From assembly GCA_001600695.1 (NCBI GenBank), contig BCKQ01000011.1, forward strand, positions 367,091 through 431,090: a stretch of 64,000 nt of DNA. Reading direction: 5' to 3'. The stretch comes from Ascoidea asiatica JCM 7603. Taxonomy: Eukaryota; Fungi; Ascomycota. The translations under genes and the position numbers were made by a program. Positions within the stretch are counted from its first letter, which is position 1, and each line of letters starts with the position of its first letter. The notes beneath the pieces were generated by a model. That model was not told the origin of the DNA, ran no database searches, and worked only from the letters and a program-made list of their open reading frames with translations. This document shows positions 33,942 through 45,988 of the stretch, one piece after another.

Positions 33942-36062
33942 ATGAGTATCCCATTTGGTCTTGATTTAGGTAATAATAATTCTGTTATTGCAGTTGCTCG
34001 TAATAGAGGTATTGATATTATTGTTAATGAAGTTTCAAATAGATCAACTCCAACTTTAGTTGGTTTTGGTAGAAAAAATCGTTTAATTGGTGAAAGTGCA
34101 AAAAATCAACAAAATTCAAATGTTAAAAATACTGTAGGAAATTTTAAAAGAATTTTAGGTAAAAATTTTAATGAAGATGATTTAAATATTGAAGAAAAAT
34201 ATTTTAATCATATTCCTTTAATTAAAACTAATAATAATAAAATTGGTACAAAAATTAAATTTTTAGGTAAAGATAAAGAATTAAATTCTATTCAATTAAT
34301 GGCAATGTATATTAATAAAATTAAAGATATTACTATAAAAGAAGTTAAAGGTAAAATTAATGATATTGTAATTGCAGTTCCTGTTTGGTATACTGAAGTT
34401 CAACGTCGTGCAATTTCTGATGCTGCAATTATTGCTGGTTTAAATCCAGTTAGAATTGTTAATGAAGTTACTGCTGCTGCTGTTGGTTATGGTGTATTTA
34501 AAGCATCTGATTTACCTGATGAATCAAAAAATATTGCATTTATTGATATTGGACATTCATCATATACAGTTTCAATAATTTCAATTAAAAAAGGTGAATT
34601 AAAAGTTTTAAGTACAGCTTATGATAAACATTTTGGTGGTAGAGATTTAGATTTTACAATTACTGAATTTTTTGCAAATCAATTTAAAACAAAATATAAT
34701 ATTGATATTAAAACAAATCCAAAAGCATATTTAAGAGTTTTAACAGCTTGTGAAAAATTAAAAAAAGTTTTATCTGCAAATACTCAAGCTCCAATTAATA
34801 TTGAAAGTTTAATGAATGATATTGATGTTTCAAGTTCATTATCAAGAAATGAATTTGAAGAATTAATTGAACCTTTAATTTTAAAAATTTCAAAACCAAT
34901 TGAAGAAGCTTGTAAACTTGCAAATATTAAACCAATTGATGTTGAATCGATTGAAGTTATTGGTGGTTGTACAAGAGTACCAATAATTAAAACAAAAATT
35001 TCTGAAATTTTTAATAAATCATTATCATTTACATTAAATCAAGATGAAGCTATTGCTAGAGGTTGTGCATTTATTTGTGCAATTCATTCACCAACTTTAA
35101 GAGTTAGACCATTTAAATTTGAAGATTATAATCCAAATTCAATTACTTATTTTTGGGAAGAAGATGGTGAAGATATTGATCATATGGAAGTTTTTAAAAA
35201 AGGTTGTTCATATCCATGTGCAAAAATTATTACATTATTTAGAACAAAAGATTTTCAAATTGGTGCAAGATATAGTAATATAAATGAATTACCAAAAGGT
35301 ACACCAGAAATTATTGCAAAATGGAATATTAAAGGTATTGAATTAGAAAAAGAAAATGAAGCAATAAGTTGTAGATTAAAATTAAGATTAGATCCTTCTG
35401 GATTTGCATCAGTTGATAAAGCATATACAGTTATTGAAAAATTAGTTAAAGAAGAAATTGTAAATTCAGAATCTAAAGAAGGTGATGAACCAATATTTAA
35501 AGAAGTTAAAAAAATGGTTAAAAAACAAGATTTAATTATTGAAGGAGAATTTTTAAAATTATCAGATAAAGAAATTAGTGAATATATTGAAGAAGAAAAT
35601 TCAATGGTTATGGAAGATAAATTAGTTTTTGATACAGAAGAACGTAAAAATAATTTAGAAGAATATATATATGATTTAAGAGGTAAATTAGATGATAAAT
35701 ATTCAAAATTTGCAAGTGATGAAGAAAAAAATAAATTAAATGAAATGTTAACAAAAACTGAAGATTGGTTATATGATGAAGGTTTTGATAGTACTAAAGC
35801 TCGTTATATTGCAAAATATGAAGAATTAGCTTCATTAGGTAATTTAATTAAAGGTAGATATATGGCAAAAGAACAAGAAAAAAGAGATGCAATTAGAGCA
35901 AAAGAAGAATCAAAAAGAGCAGAAAAAATTGCAGAAAAAATGGCAGCAGATAGAAAAGCAAGAAATGAAGAAGTTCCAAATAAAACTGAAGAAAAAAAAG
36001 TTGAAAATGAAAATAAAAAAGATTCAGAAGGTGATCTTGATATGACTGAAGAATTAGATTAA
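33942..36062 (+). CDS. SSE1: Hsp110 chaperone / nucleotide exchange factor
   Basis: [79 protein letters not shown]. Confidence 0.97.
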   Translation: MSIPFGLDLGNNNSVIAVARNRGIDIIVNEVSNRSTPTLVGFGRKNRLIGESAKNQQNSNVKNTVGNFKRILGKNFNEDDLNIEEKYFNHIPLIKTNNNKIGTKIKFLGKDKELNSIQLMAMYINKIKDITIKEVKGKINDIVIAVPVWYTEVQRRAISDAAIIAGLNPVRIVNEVTAAAVGYGVFKASDLPDESKNIAFIDIGHSSYTVSIISIKKGELKVLSTAYDKHFGGRDLDFTITEFFANQFKTKYNIDIKTNPKAYLRVLTACEKLKKVLSANTQAPINIESLMNDIDVSSSLSRNEFEELIEPLILKISKPIEEACKLANIKPIDVESIEVIGGCTRVPIIKTKISEIFNKSLSFTLNQDEAIARGCAFICAIHSPTLRVRPFKFEDYNPNSITYFWEEDGEDIDHMEVFKKGCSYPCAKIITLFRTKDFQIGARYSNINELPKGTPEIIAKWNIKGIELEKENEAISCRLKLRLDPSGFASVDKAYTVIEKLVKEEIVNSESKEGDEPIFKEVKKMVKKQDLIIEGEFLKLSDKEISEYIEEENSMVMEDKLVFDTEERKNNLEEYIYDLRGKLDDKYSKFASDEEKNKLNEMLTKTEDWLYDEGFDSTKARYIAKYEELASLGNLIKGRYMAKEQEKRDAIRAKEESKRAEKIAEKMAADRKARNEEVPNKTEEKKVENENKKDSEGDLDMTEELD

Positions 36063-38151
36063 ATTTTGTTTTTTTTTATTTATAAATTTCTTATTTCAAT
36101 TGTTTATTAAATCATTTTATTGATTGATCAATAGATTTATATCAAAACTAAAATTTAGAAATTAAATTAATTAAATTAATTAAATAAATTAAATAAATTA
36201 AATAAATTTAAATTTTTTTATTCATTATATTGTTATTGTTTATATAATTATTCCTCTTATAAATCAAAATTAAATTAAATTAAATTCTTATACAATATAT
36301 ACTGTATAGTATGTATTAGACTAGGCAATGAAGTTCCGGTCATTGTTTTTCCCCATTTTGATTTCTTGATTATTTGAATGTATGCAACCGGGGAGTAATT
36401 TCCCGAAACTGGTCTTGGCACATGACATCAGAGAAATTTTGATTTTTTGTAATATTTTTTTAAAGCATTTCGGGCAAAACAATGCTAAAGTGCCGGTACA
36501 TGATCTACCGCAAAAGAGTCAAAACACAAGAAATTGAAAGCGTTAACGGTGTCAGGAGAACAGTTTCCGGTATGGTAAATACCAAGAAAAGTCGGAACTG
36601 GAAGATTATTTCGATCCTTGTTTCAGAGCCCACAGCACTGGTACTGGTACTGGTACTGGTACTGAGACAATAAACCCAGGACAATGGTCTCAGCCAGTGC
36701 AATGGATCCCGTGGCTGACGCTCTCTGACAGACCCCGAAGTGCATGCTAAAACGTACCCCCGCCTGTGTGGCAAAACTTGCCACGCCAGCGCCGTTTGCG
36801 AGGCCGAGGACATCCTGCGTCCAGCCCCTGAGGAAACCAGCAGCTTCGGAAGCAGTGTTCCTATCGCGCACACACCAACGCCAGCCTGCAGTCTCAGCAC
36901 GCCAGCCCGGTTACCCTCCGCTTTCACTTTTAGCGCACGATGCTCTCGTGCTTTCTCTGGGAGGGTTTCACTGCCTTTATCTGGCTGTAGCTGGTTTTAT
37001 CTCGATTTATCTTGATTTTTCTGTTGTGTTTTGCTCTGTCAGTGTTTTGTCAGTGTTTTGCCAGTGTGTTTCCAGCGCAATAACAGCGCATTAACACTCT
37101 TATCTCACTGCGCGCAGAACCGTTGAGATATTTGTCATTTGAGCGCGCTGTGGCTTCACTACTATCCTTTCTACTACTGTTACTGTTATTACTGCTATTT
37201 TCTCTTCTTTCTCTGTTTTGTTCTTAGATTTTAGGTGCTTCTGTTCCGAAATCATGAAAATCATCAAAACTTTCTTTCTCTCAACGCTTTTTTTTAACTC
37301 CAAACTCATCAATTTCACTAATTTTTCAATAAAGTTACTTTATTTTTAATAATTTTCAATGATTTTTCATTAAATTTCATTAAATTTCATTAAATTTCAT
37401 TATTTCAACTCTTTCTTTTCAATTTCTATTACTTTGTCTGTCGGATTCTCTTTCAATTACTTTGTTTTTTTTTTCTTTTTTGTTCCATTTTTACGCATAT
37501 TTCCTTTAGAATAATTAAAATATATAAGAAAAATATAAAAAAAAAAAAAAAAAAATTTGTGTCCTGCATAAACTTAGAAATTTTAGATTCCTTAACAGAT
37601 CTCATCCTTATTTATTTATTTACTTTATTTATTTATTTATTTATTTATCAATCAATCACTTTACTTTACTAAGTAAATAATTCATTTTATCATCAAGTTA
37701 AAAAGCCGAACAAAATAATAACAAAAACAATAATATTGAATAAAATTATGAAAAAAAAAAAATCTAATTAAAAATGATAATTTTAACTATACTTTAATTT
37801 TAAATATTAGTACTCAATTGAATTATAATTTTATCTAGATCAATTTTTTTTTAACATTATAAATATCTTCAATTATATCTTTTTTTAAAAAAATTAAATA
37901 TTTCTAATATATATTTTAAATTAATTCATTTTATTTATTATTTATTATTTATTATTTATTATTTAATTCAAATTAATATACCAGTATATAATATACTATT
38001 ATAACAATATATAATATATATATTTATATATATATATATATATATAATTATATCTAGAATTTATAAAATTTCAAATTTATAATATCAAAGAAATTAAAAA
38101 AAATAAAAAATAAAAAATAAAAAAGAAAAAAAAAGAGAATAATTATTAAAA

Positions 38152-39627
38152 ATGCCTAAAATAGGAAAATTAAATGTTACAAAAAAAACAGTGAAATTAG
38201 CACTTTTCCTTTTAATGGATCTTGCTTTTTTTTTCGCAGAAATTGTTGTTGGATATATGGTTAATTCATTATCTTTAATTGCAGATTCTTATCATATGAT
38301 GAATGATATAGTTTCATTAATAATTGCAATTTGGGCAACTGAACAAAAAAAGAAAGCTGCAACAAATAATTATACTTATGGTTGGCAAAGAGCAGAAATT
38401 TTAGGTGCTTTATCAAATGCTGTTTTTTTATTAGCTTTATGTTTTTCAATTTTATTAGAAGCAATTCAAAGATTTGCAACTATTGAAGAAGTTAAAAATC
38501 CAAAATTAGTTTTAATTGTTGGTTGTGCAGGTTTAGCTTCAAATACAATTGGTTTATTATTATTTCATCAACATGGTCATTCTCATGGTGGTGGAGGTGG
38601 ACATTCTCATTCTCATGGTGGTTCTTCTAAAAAAGATAAAAAAGAGAAAACTTTAAAAGATAAATCTTCAAATTTAAAAACAATTACTGAATCTAAAGAA
38701 CAAGAAGATGATCATCATGATCATGATCATGATCATGGTCATTCTCATTCAAATGAAGAACATTCTCATGGTGATTCTCATGATCATGGACATACTCATT
38801 CTGATGAAAAACATGCTCACTCTGATGATACTATAAATGAACATTCTGATGAAAAACATACTCACTCCGATTCTCATGATCACGATCATGAACATGAACA
38901 TTCTCATTCTGATAATCATGATCACTCTCATGGTGATTCTCATGGTGATTCTCATGATCATGGTCATACTCATGATATTGAAAATAATCATGATCATGAT
39001 GAACATGATCATGATCATGATCATGTTGAAAAACAAGCTAAAAATAAAAGTTTAAATATGAAAGGTGTCTTTATTCATGTTCTTGGTGATGCTTTTGGTA
39101 ATATTGGTGTTATAGTAAGTGCTGCAATAATTTGGAAAGTTAAAGCAAAATGGAGATTTTATTTTGATCCTTTAATGTCTGTAATTTTAGTTATACTTAT
39201 TTTTTTCTCTGCTGCTCCATTAGTTAAAGATTCTTCAAAAATTTTATTACAAGCAACTCCTGTTGATATGGATGCTGATAATGTTCAATTAGCTATATTA
39301 AAATTACCAAGAGTTGTTTCTGTTCATGATTTCCATATTTGGAATTTAACTGAAGATGTTGTAATTTGTTCATTTCATGTTGATTTAGCTGCTCCTCCAG
39401 AAGCTTTTAATGAAATTAGTATTCAAATTAAAAAACTTTTACATAAATATGGCATTCATACTGCAACTATTCAACCTGAATTTAATCAATCTTTAAGTGA
39501 TAATGATTCTCAATTAACTCGTATTGCAACTGGTCCAGTTATTTATGGTTCAATTAATAATGGTGATTCAAAATGTTTTGTTGATGATACTCTTGGTTGT
39601 AATGCAGTTGATTGTATTGAAGAATGA
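38152..39627 (+). CDS. ZRC1: Vacuolar Zn/Co CDF transporter (Zrc1/Cot1) with an expanded His-rich loop
   Basis: SLSLIADSYHMMND, YTYGWQRAEILGAL.N, SLNMKGVFIHVLGDA.GN, ILLQATP, VHDFHIWNLTE, GIH.ATIQPEF. Confidence 0.93.
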   Translation: MPKIGKLNVTKKTVKLALFLLMDLAFFFAEIVVGYMVNSLSLIADSYHMMNDIVSLIIAIWATEQKKKAATNNYTYGWQRAEILGALSNAVFLLALCFSILLEAIQRFATIEEVKNPKLVLIVGCAGLASNTIGLLLFHQHGHSHGGGGGHSHSHGGSSKKDKKEKTLKDKSSNLKTITESKEQEDDHHDHDHDHGHSHSNEEHSHGDSHDHGHTHSDEKHAHSDDTINEHSDEKHTHSDSHDHDHEHEHSHSDNHDHSHGDSHGDSHDHGHTHDIENNHDHDEHDHDHDHVEKQAKNKSLNMKGVFIHVLGDAFGNIGVIVSAAIIWKVKAKWRFYFDPLMSVILVILIFFSAAPLVKDSSKILLQATPVDMDADNVQLAILKLPRVVSVHDFHIWNLTEDVVICSFHVDLAAPPEAFNEISIQIKKLLHKYGIHTATIQPEFNQSLSDNDSQLTRIATGPVIYGSINNGDSKCFVDDTLGCNAVDCIEE

Positions 39628-40315
39628 TTTATTTAATCATATATTCTCTAAACATTTCATAATCATTGTTTTTTTCTTTTTTTATTATTATTTATATAAA
39701 TTTTATTATTGTTAATACCAAAAAATTAACTTGAAATTTAATACTAATTTATTCATTTTCTTTTCTCACTCTTTTTTTTCTTTTCTCTTTTCTCTTTTCT
39801 CTTAAAAATTTTTGTTGAATTTAAAATTTCCTATAATATAAGATTTTAAAATTATCTACTTTTAATAAAAATATTTCAAATTCATTCAATCAATTTATTC
39901 TTCAATTCATTTCTTATTCGAATTCTGTAATTATTAAAAAAGTTTCTTCGATGATTGATTATATTTATTAGATTGATAACGTAATTAATTATATAACCAT
40001 TTGCTTTTTCATTTACCCGGCATTTCAACAATAGCTCAGGCAGCGTTTGAAATATGCTAAAATACGCCGTAAGACACATGTTGACGCAGGCTTACCTCTG
40101 GCCACCGCGCCGCGCAGAGGCTCAGAATAATTCATAAACGTTAGCAAAATTAAGGAGAAACATTTTTACTAAATAAAAGTAATTGATTAATATTGATGAT
40201 TAAATCTATCAATTGTCAGAAATGTGATTAAAATCATCATTAACCAACACTCTAAAGACAATAATAATAATAATAATAATAATTATATATCTATCACAAA
40301 TATCATTGAAAGAAA

Positions 40316-41461
40316 ATGAATGATTTTGCTTTATTGTTATTAATTACTTTATTAATTATTCTCCTAAGTTTGAATGAAAAATATCAGAATTTATTAACTC
40401 AAACAAATTTTAATAGAAAAATCTTAGATAAAAATAGTTCAATTAAAAAAGAGTCCAATTCAAAAGACTCTAGGTCAAAAGAGTTGGCACTAATTGAAGA
40501 TAATATCTCATCATTTTCAACTTCAATAAAATTAAATTCTGATGAATCTAATATTAGTAATAAAAGTACTAACATCATTAAGCATAGAGAATTCAATAAA
40601 GATGAATTGAAATTTCAAATAAATGAAGTTTTGAAAAATGAAAGAATTGAATTAAGAAAATCTTTAACAAAGGATATATCCATAATCATTAAAGATTTAA
40701 TAAATAATAAAGATAATGATAAAAGAAATGAGATTTTGAAAATTGAAAAAGAAATTGAAGAAATTAAAATTTTAGAAAAAGAAAAAATACATCATTCAAA
40801 TTTAAAAATTGATAATGAAATTTTATTAAACAATTTTAAAAAAATTACTTTAGAAAATGAAAAAATTTTATCTGAATTAAATGAATCTAAAACTCAAAAT
40901 AATTTTCTTTCAAAAACTTTAACAGAATCTAAAAATGAAAATGAATCTTTATTATTTAAATTAAATGAATCTAAAATTGAAATTAATGAATTAAATAATC
41001 ATATTAAATTATTAAATTATAAAATTTCTGATTTAACTTCTTTAATTAATACTAACAATAGTTTAAATGAAAATCCTTATTCAAATATCAATGATATTGA
41101 TATTTCTGATTTAAATAGTGATTCAAATCAAAATCATTTTTCATTATCTTCTTCAGATACTCTTATAGAAAATTCTTCAAATTTAAACACTAATACAAAA
41201 CCTAAACCAAATTTGAATATAAGTTTAAATTCAAATTTAAAATCATTTTCACTTCCAACTACTCATAATAATATTACAAAATATACTTCTGATAGTAATT
41301 ATATAACTGTTCCAAACTCAATACAAAAAACTAATGATTCAAATATTTACCTTTTAAATTTTGATTTTCATGATTTTAAAAATATTATTTGGAGTTTAAA
41401 AAAAGCCTTAAGTGATAGTCTTTGGCGAAGAAATGAAGCTTCAACTATTATTCAGGTTTAA
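40316..41461 (+). CDS. Hypothetical N-terminally membrane-anchored coiled-coil protein
   Basis: 381 open codons; hydrophobic FALLLLITLLIILLSL at the start, a long heptad region, and its own GC island with TTACCCG at 40013 upstream. Confidence 0.7.
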   Translation: MNDFALLLLITLLIILLSLNEKYQNLLTQTNFNRKILDKNSSIKKESNSKDSRSKELALIEDNISSFSTSIKLNSDESNISNKSTNIIKHREFNKDELKFQINEVLKNERIELRKSLTKDISIIIKDLINNKDNDKRNEILKIEKEIEEIKILEKEKIHHSNLKIDNEILLNNFKKITLENEKILSELNESKTQNNFLSKTLTESKNENESLLFKLNESKIEINELNNHIKLLNYKISDLTSLINTNNSLNENPYSNINDIDISDLNSDSNQNHFSLSSSDTLIENSSNLNTNTKPKPNLNISLNSNLKSFSLPTTHNNITKYTSDSNYITVPNSIQKTNDSNIYLLNFDFHDFKNIIWSLKKALSDSLWRRNEASTIIQV

Positions 41462-44003
41462 AAGAAATTTTTTTTATCTCTATAGATTTGCTTTTATAAA
41501 AAATTTCATATAAAAAAACAAAAAAAATATCATTCATTGATATATAATTCAGTAGTAATAATAATAGTAATAATAATAATAATGGGTATATGGTTATAAT
41601 TTTACATTATTTTTATACCTTAAAATTGTCAATTTTTTTTTTTATAGTTCAAATTCAATTCTTCTTATTTAAAATAATTTTTAAATTTTCATTTTCAAAC
41701 CATATACTTACTGTATTTACAGATAAATATACTTTGATTTTTTTTAAAAACCATTTATAGATATTTTCCCCTAATAGCGCATTAAGATGTTTTTATAAAT
41801 TTGTCTATACAACAATAAAATCATGTAGAGTGATAGAATTGCCATTTACTAGTTTTCAATTCATTTGAAATAAAAAAAAGTTTAAAATTTTTATTCTAAA
41901 AGTATTCTTTTTATTTTGATTTTAGTTCGTTTATGAAAGCTGACCATTTTATTGGGGTACTATAATCATATACAATAATTCTGGAATATATATAGATTTC
42001 ATTATTTGTTTCCAAATTAAGAAAAAAATTAAAGGGTTTTCAATTGAGTCTCATGTTTTGATTATATTACAATTATCTTGATCTCATTCTATAATTATAT
42101 TACAACTATCTTTCATATTTGCTTATTGTTTTTCTATGAAAGTTTTAAGATAAATTAAAAAAGTGAAAGCAATGGAAAATATTATAACCATTGGATGATG
42201 GGATTTAACAACTCAATCAAAAAAGTAATACCTTATAATCACTAAAGTGAAAATTTTCATTCGAAGATATTTAAGATTGGGCTAAATGAAACCCAAATTG
42301 TGCTTAAAGACGTCGGATTATGCAGGGTCTTGTTTTAGCTTGCGAATCCTTGTTGTTGATCCAAATTTGTGGAATTAGTCCCAAATTCCAAGGTATAAGC
42401 GATAGCCTACATAATGTATATTCCAAGATATAATATGTATTTAAGATATTCTTATCTACGAAACATCAATTAAAATAAATATTTGCTCATTGTAAATGAA
42501 GAACGAAATATTAAAAGTTCAAAAGATTAAAAAAATAATACTTTTATAACTTAAAGATTCTTTTGGAGAATAAGCACGTGAGGTAAATTAATATTACGTC
42601 TGAAATCTTTTCAATATTCTTCAAAAGCACTTGACCAGCCCTAATTATTCTGCGCCAAGGCAAAGTATTTTGCCCTGTTAATACTAGTTGATGACTAAGA
42701 ATTTATTTTATTTTTGAGGCTACTTGATCCTTCCTAATAACCGATAGCCTGTGTAAATGTTTTTCCGACGGAAATCTTCGGGAGAAAATAATTTGGGAAA
42801 CGAATCCAGTTCAAAATTCGGCCCAAACAAGACAGTGAAATAGTCAGAGAGGCCTTCTGTAAGAGTCCTCATGCATGATCATCGGACTTTTTTTGTGAAA
42901 ATAGGGTGAAATCGGAGCATTGAGCAGACCAATAGAAAACAGCCTCTGGACCCATCTTCGGAGAAGGCTTTTTAATCTGCGGGTTACTAGTGACCCGCTT
43001 ACTGTACCGTTAGAATGCAGTTCCAGGCAGGGTTTCCGGCTGTTTTTTTCAATGTGAAAAAATTGCAGTTTTTCATATGAATACAAAATAAAACATCCAG
43101 TTCACTAAATTGTTTTACGGTATTTATCATTCATTCTTGACTAAAAATCATTTAATGTAAATCAAAAGGACTCGAGTAACAATACAGTAAAATTACTCTA
43201 GATTGACAAAATAACGTAATATTTTGATTTAGTACGAAAATAATGGTAATGATTATAATATTTAGTCCTCGTTTGATTGAAAACTGCTGTTCTTCGTCTG
43301 ATATTCTTTGGGACCTGAAGTATGGGGTTGGATCATCACTGAGCATTTCAACTTGTTTTGTTTTTTGTTTGATTCAATTGATAGTTATGATTTAAGAACA
43401 GGACTTTGATTAAGAATTTAAAGAAAGAATCAACGAGAATAAAAATCATGTTAAATAATTACTTTCTTACAATTGATTTTAAGTAATGGATATTTGAGAT
43501 AAAGAAAAACGTACATTCATAGTAAATTATTTAAAAAAAAAAAGATAAATAAAAAAGTAAGGATTAAAAATTAATCGATTTTTGTAAAGATTTAGTAATT
43601 AAAAATTGAAATTAACAAATAAAAAGTGAAAAAAACAAATAAAAGAGTTCAATGCATCATTATAAAAAAATGTACGATCATTTAAATAAAAAAATTAAAT
43701 AAGATAATTGAAAATTAATTAAACTTAAGAGTAAAACACAGAATATAGAATAAATTAAGTAGGAACTGTATTAGTTTATTTTTTTTTTGGTGGTCATTAT
43801 TATTATAATCTTTTTGATAAATTCATTTTGAAAATGAATTTTGAACAAACATTAACTTAATGACTGAATATTTTTTAAAAGTCTACTAGTTTTGATAGTT
43901 GATTTTTTTTTAAAAGAAATGAAGTTGTAAAAATAAGAAATAAAAAAAGAGAAAATGATTGAAATATTAATGAAAGTTTTGAATTAATTAATTTTAAAGA
44001 TTT

Positions 44004-45988
44004 TTAAAAATTTATGAAATCAAAATCTAAGGAGCCATTACTTAAATTTAAATTATCATTATTTCCATCTTTATTATTATTGAATTCATTAGACTCTCTT
44101 TCAATTTCTTTGAAAAAAGTGAAATCAATCATTTCATCATCATTATCATTAATTGAATCTCCAGGATCAATCATCGGTATATCAATTGGTGTACTAAATA
44201 TATCATCGAAATCTATTATAGTTTCATTAATTCCATTTTTGGAATTATTATCATTAATATTATTGTTATTATTAATGTTATTGTTATTATCATTGAAAGT
44301 ATTGAAATTTGAAGTTAATTTTTCGAATGTATTTTTATCATTCAAATCATCATAATCATAATCATAGTCATATATTATTTCTTCTTCTTCAATTGGTTTA
44401 AGATCATTTGATGTCATTAAAATATCATTATCATTATCAATTTCAGACTCAACTTTAATATTGTTATTGTTATTAGTATTAGTTTTATCAATTTTTTTGA
44501 AATTTAATTCATCATAATTGAGTACATTTTTATTATTAAGATTATAAAAAGCCATAGAATCTGGAATTGTATCAAAATGAAAATGAGCATCTAGATTAGA
44601 ACTTATATTACTCATTGTTGTTTTTAAAGATAATGAATTATTTGAATTATTATTTGAATTACTTGTAGAAATTGTATTTGAAGATGTTAAACTTGGAGTA
44701 TTTGAAATTGTATTTGAAATAAATGACATTGAATCTTCATAATGAGATCTTTTTCTAGTTATATGATTATGATTATTATTATTATTTATATTAATATTTT
44801 CATCCATAATATCTGGAAATTGTGGTGAAGAAACTTGACTAGCATTGTTGCTAACATTATTACTGAAAATATCACTACTAATTGGACTTGGAGTATTAAT
44901 CGAATGAAATGAATGTAAACTATTACTTATATTTGAAGAATCATTATTAATGCTAATATTTTGATGAATATCATTTTGAATTTTATTATTAATTTTATTT
45001 GAACCATTATCTAAATTGTTATTGTTCTTGGTATTATTGATATTAGAAATATTTGTTGGAGAAGAAATTTTAGGAGAATTATCATTTGATTCAGATAATT
45101 TAACTTGTTCTCTTAAGGATTTTAAATCATTTACTAATTTAGATAATTCTGATTTTAATTGAGAATTTTCTTGTTTAACTTTTTTCAAAGCATTTTCAAT
45201 AACAAATAAATTATTATTACCATTGTTAACAGTAGTAGTATTAGTAGTATTGCTATTTGTATTAGAATTAGAATTTGTATTGATAATTGGAATTTTAGTT
45301 GTATTGATAACAGTTGATTTTTTATTTGAGATTTTTGAAGAGAATTGTTTTAATTGAGATGGGTTTATGAAATTTTTATTTTCTAATAAAGATTTTAAAG
45401 CAAAATTTAAAGCATCACCATCTAATTTATTATTGTTATTATTATTTGAAGAATTCGAATTTAAACTAGAAATATTTGTCTTAGTGTTAATACTATTGAT
45501 ATTATTATTGTTATTATTATTATTATTATTATTATTAATGACTATAGATTTATTCTTTGAAGATTTAGAACTTGCAGAATTTGAATCTTTTTTACTTTTT
45601 GATTCTCTTGGTTTTCTTTTTTTATTATTTAAATTTGAATTTGAATTTGAAGATGAGGAATTTGAAGAATTTGATGAAGAAGAATGATGAGAAGGTTTTC
45701 TACCAGGTTTTGGTCTTGGAGGTAATACCCAATTCTTAGAAGTTCTAATACTTATAGTTGGTAATGAATTTGAATTTGAATTTGAATTTAAATTTGAATT
45801 TTTTGGATCAAAATTTGAATTTAATTGACGACGTAAAAGTGGAGGAGTTTGAGTTGATTGTTGTAAACGAGTTATAACTGTTAAAGGAAAAAAAAAAAAA
45901 AAATTAAGTTAGTAAATATTTTATTTAAAGAAGGATATAAGGATAAAAATAAGGGATTTAATAATAGGTACATACGATTTGAAGACAT
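44004..45988 (-). CDS. HAP4: Hap4-like CCAAT-complex activator; exons 45988-45976 and 45877-44004; about 628 aa
   Basis: ATGTCTTCAAATC|GTATGT...TACTAAC...CAG intron joins in frame, and I checked that exon 2 is stop-free down to the track ORF. Contains Hap4L motif IRTSKNWVLPPRPKPGRKP, a zipper-like LKKVKQENSQLKSELSKLVNDL, and an acidic/aromatic C-terminus. Confidence 0.8.
45878..45975 (-). other. Spliceosomal intron (98 nt) in the HAP4-like gene
   Basis: GTATGT donor, TACTAAC branch, poly-T tract, CAG acceptor. Confidence 0.9.

Noticed and set aside
36295-36310. Identical 16-mer ATATATACTGTATAGT here and at 57036-57051, both near gene 3' ends
   Set aside because: Chance 16-mer matches are expected in 64 kb this AT-rich; at most a generic TAYRTA-like 3'-end element.
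36482-37318. Overlapping 60-140 aa ORFs in GC islands (also 14664-14943, 17881-18536, 23321-23618, 29243-29900, 31537-31865, 33170-33590, 47315-48749)
   Set aside because: They arise from low stop-codon density in GC-rich promoter DNA: many non-ATG starts, codon usage unlike real genes here, no domains, and several frames open at once.
36320-38151. Zap1 ZRE upstream of ZRC1
   Set aside because: No ACCTTNAAGGT match seen.
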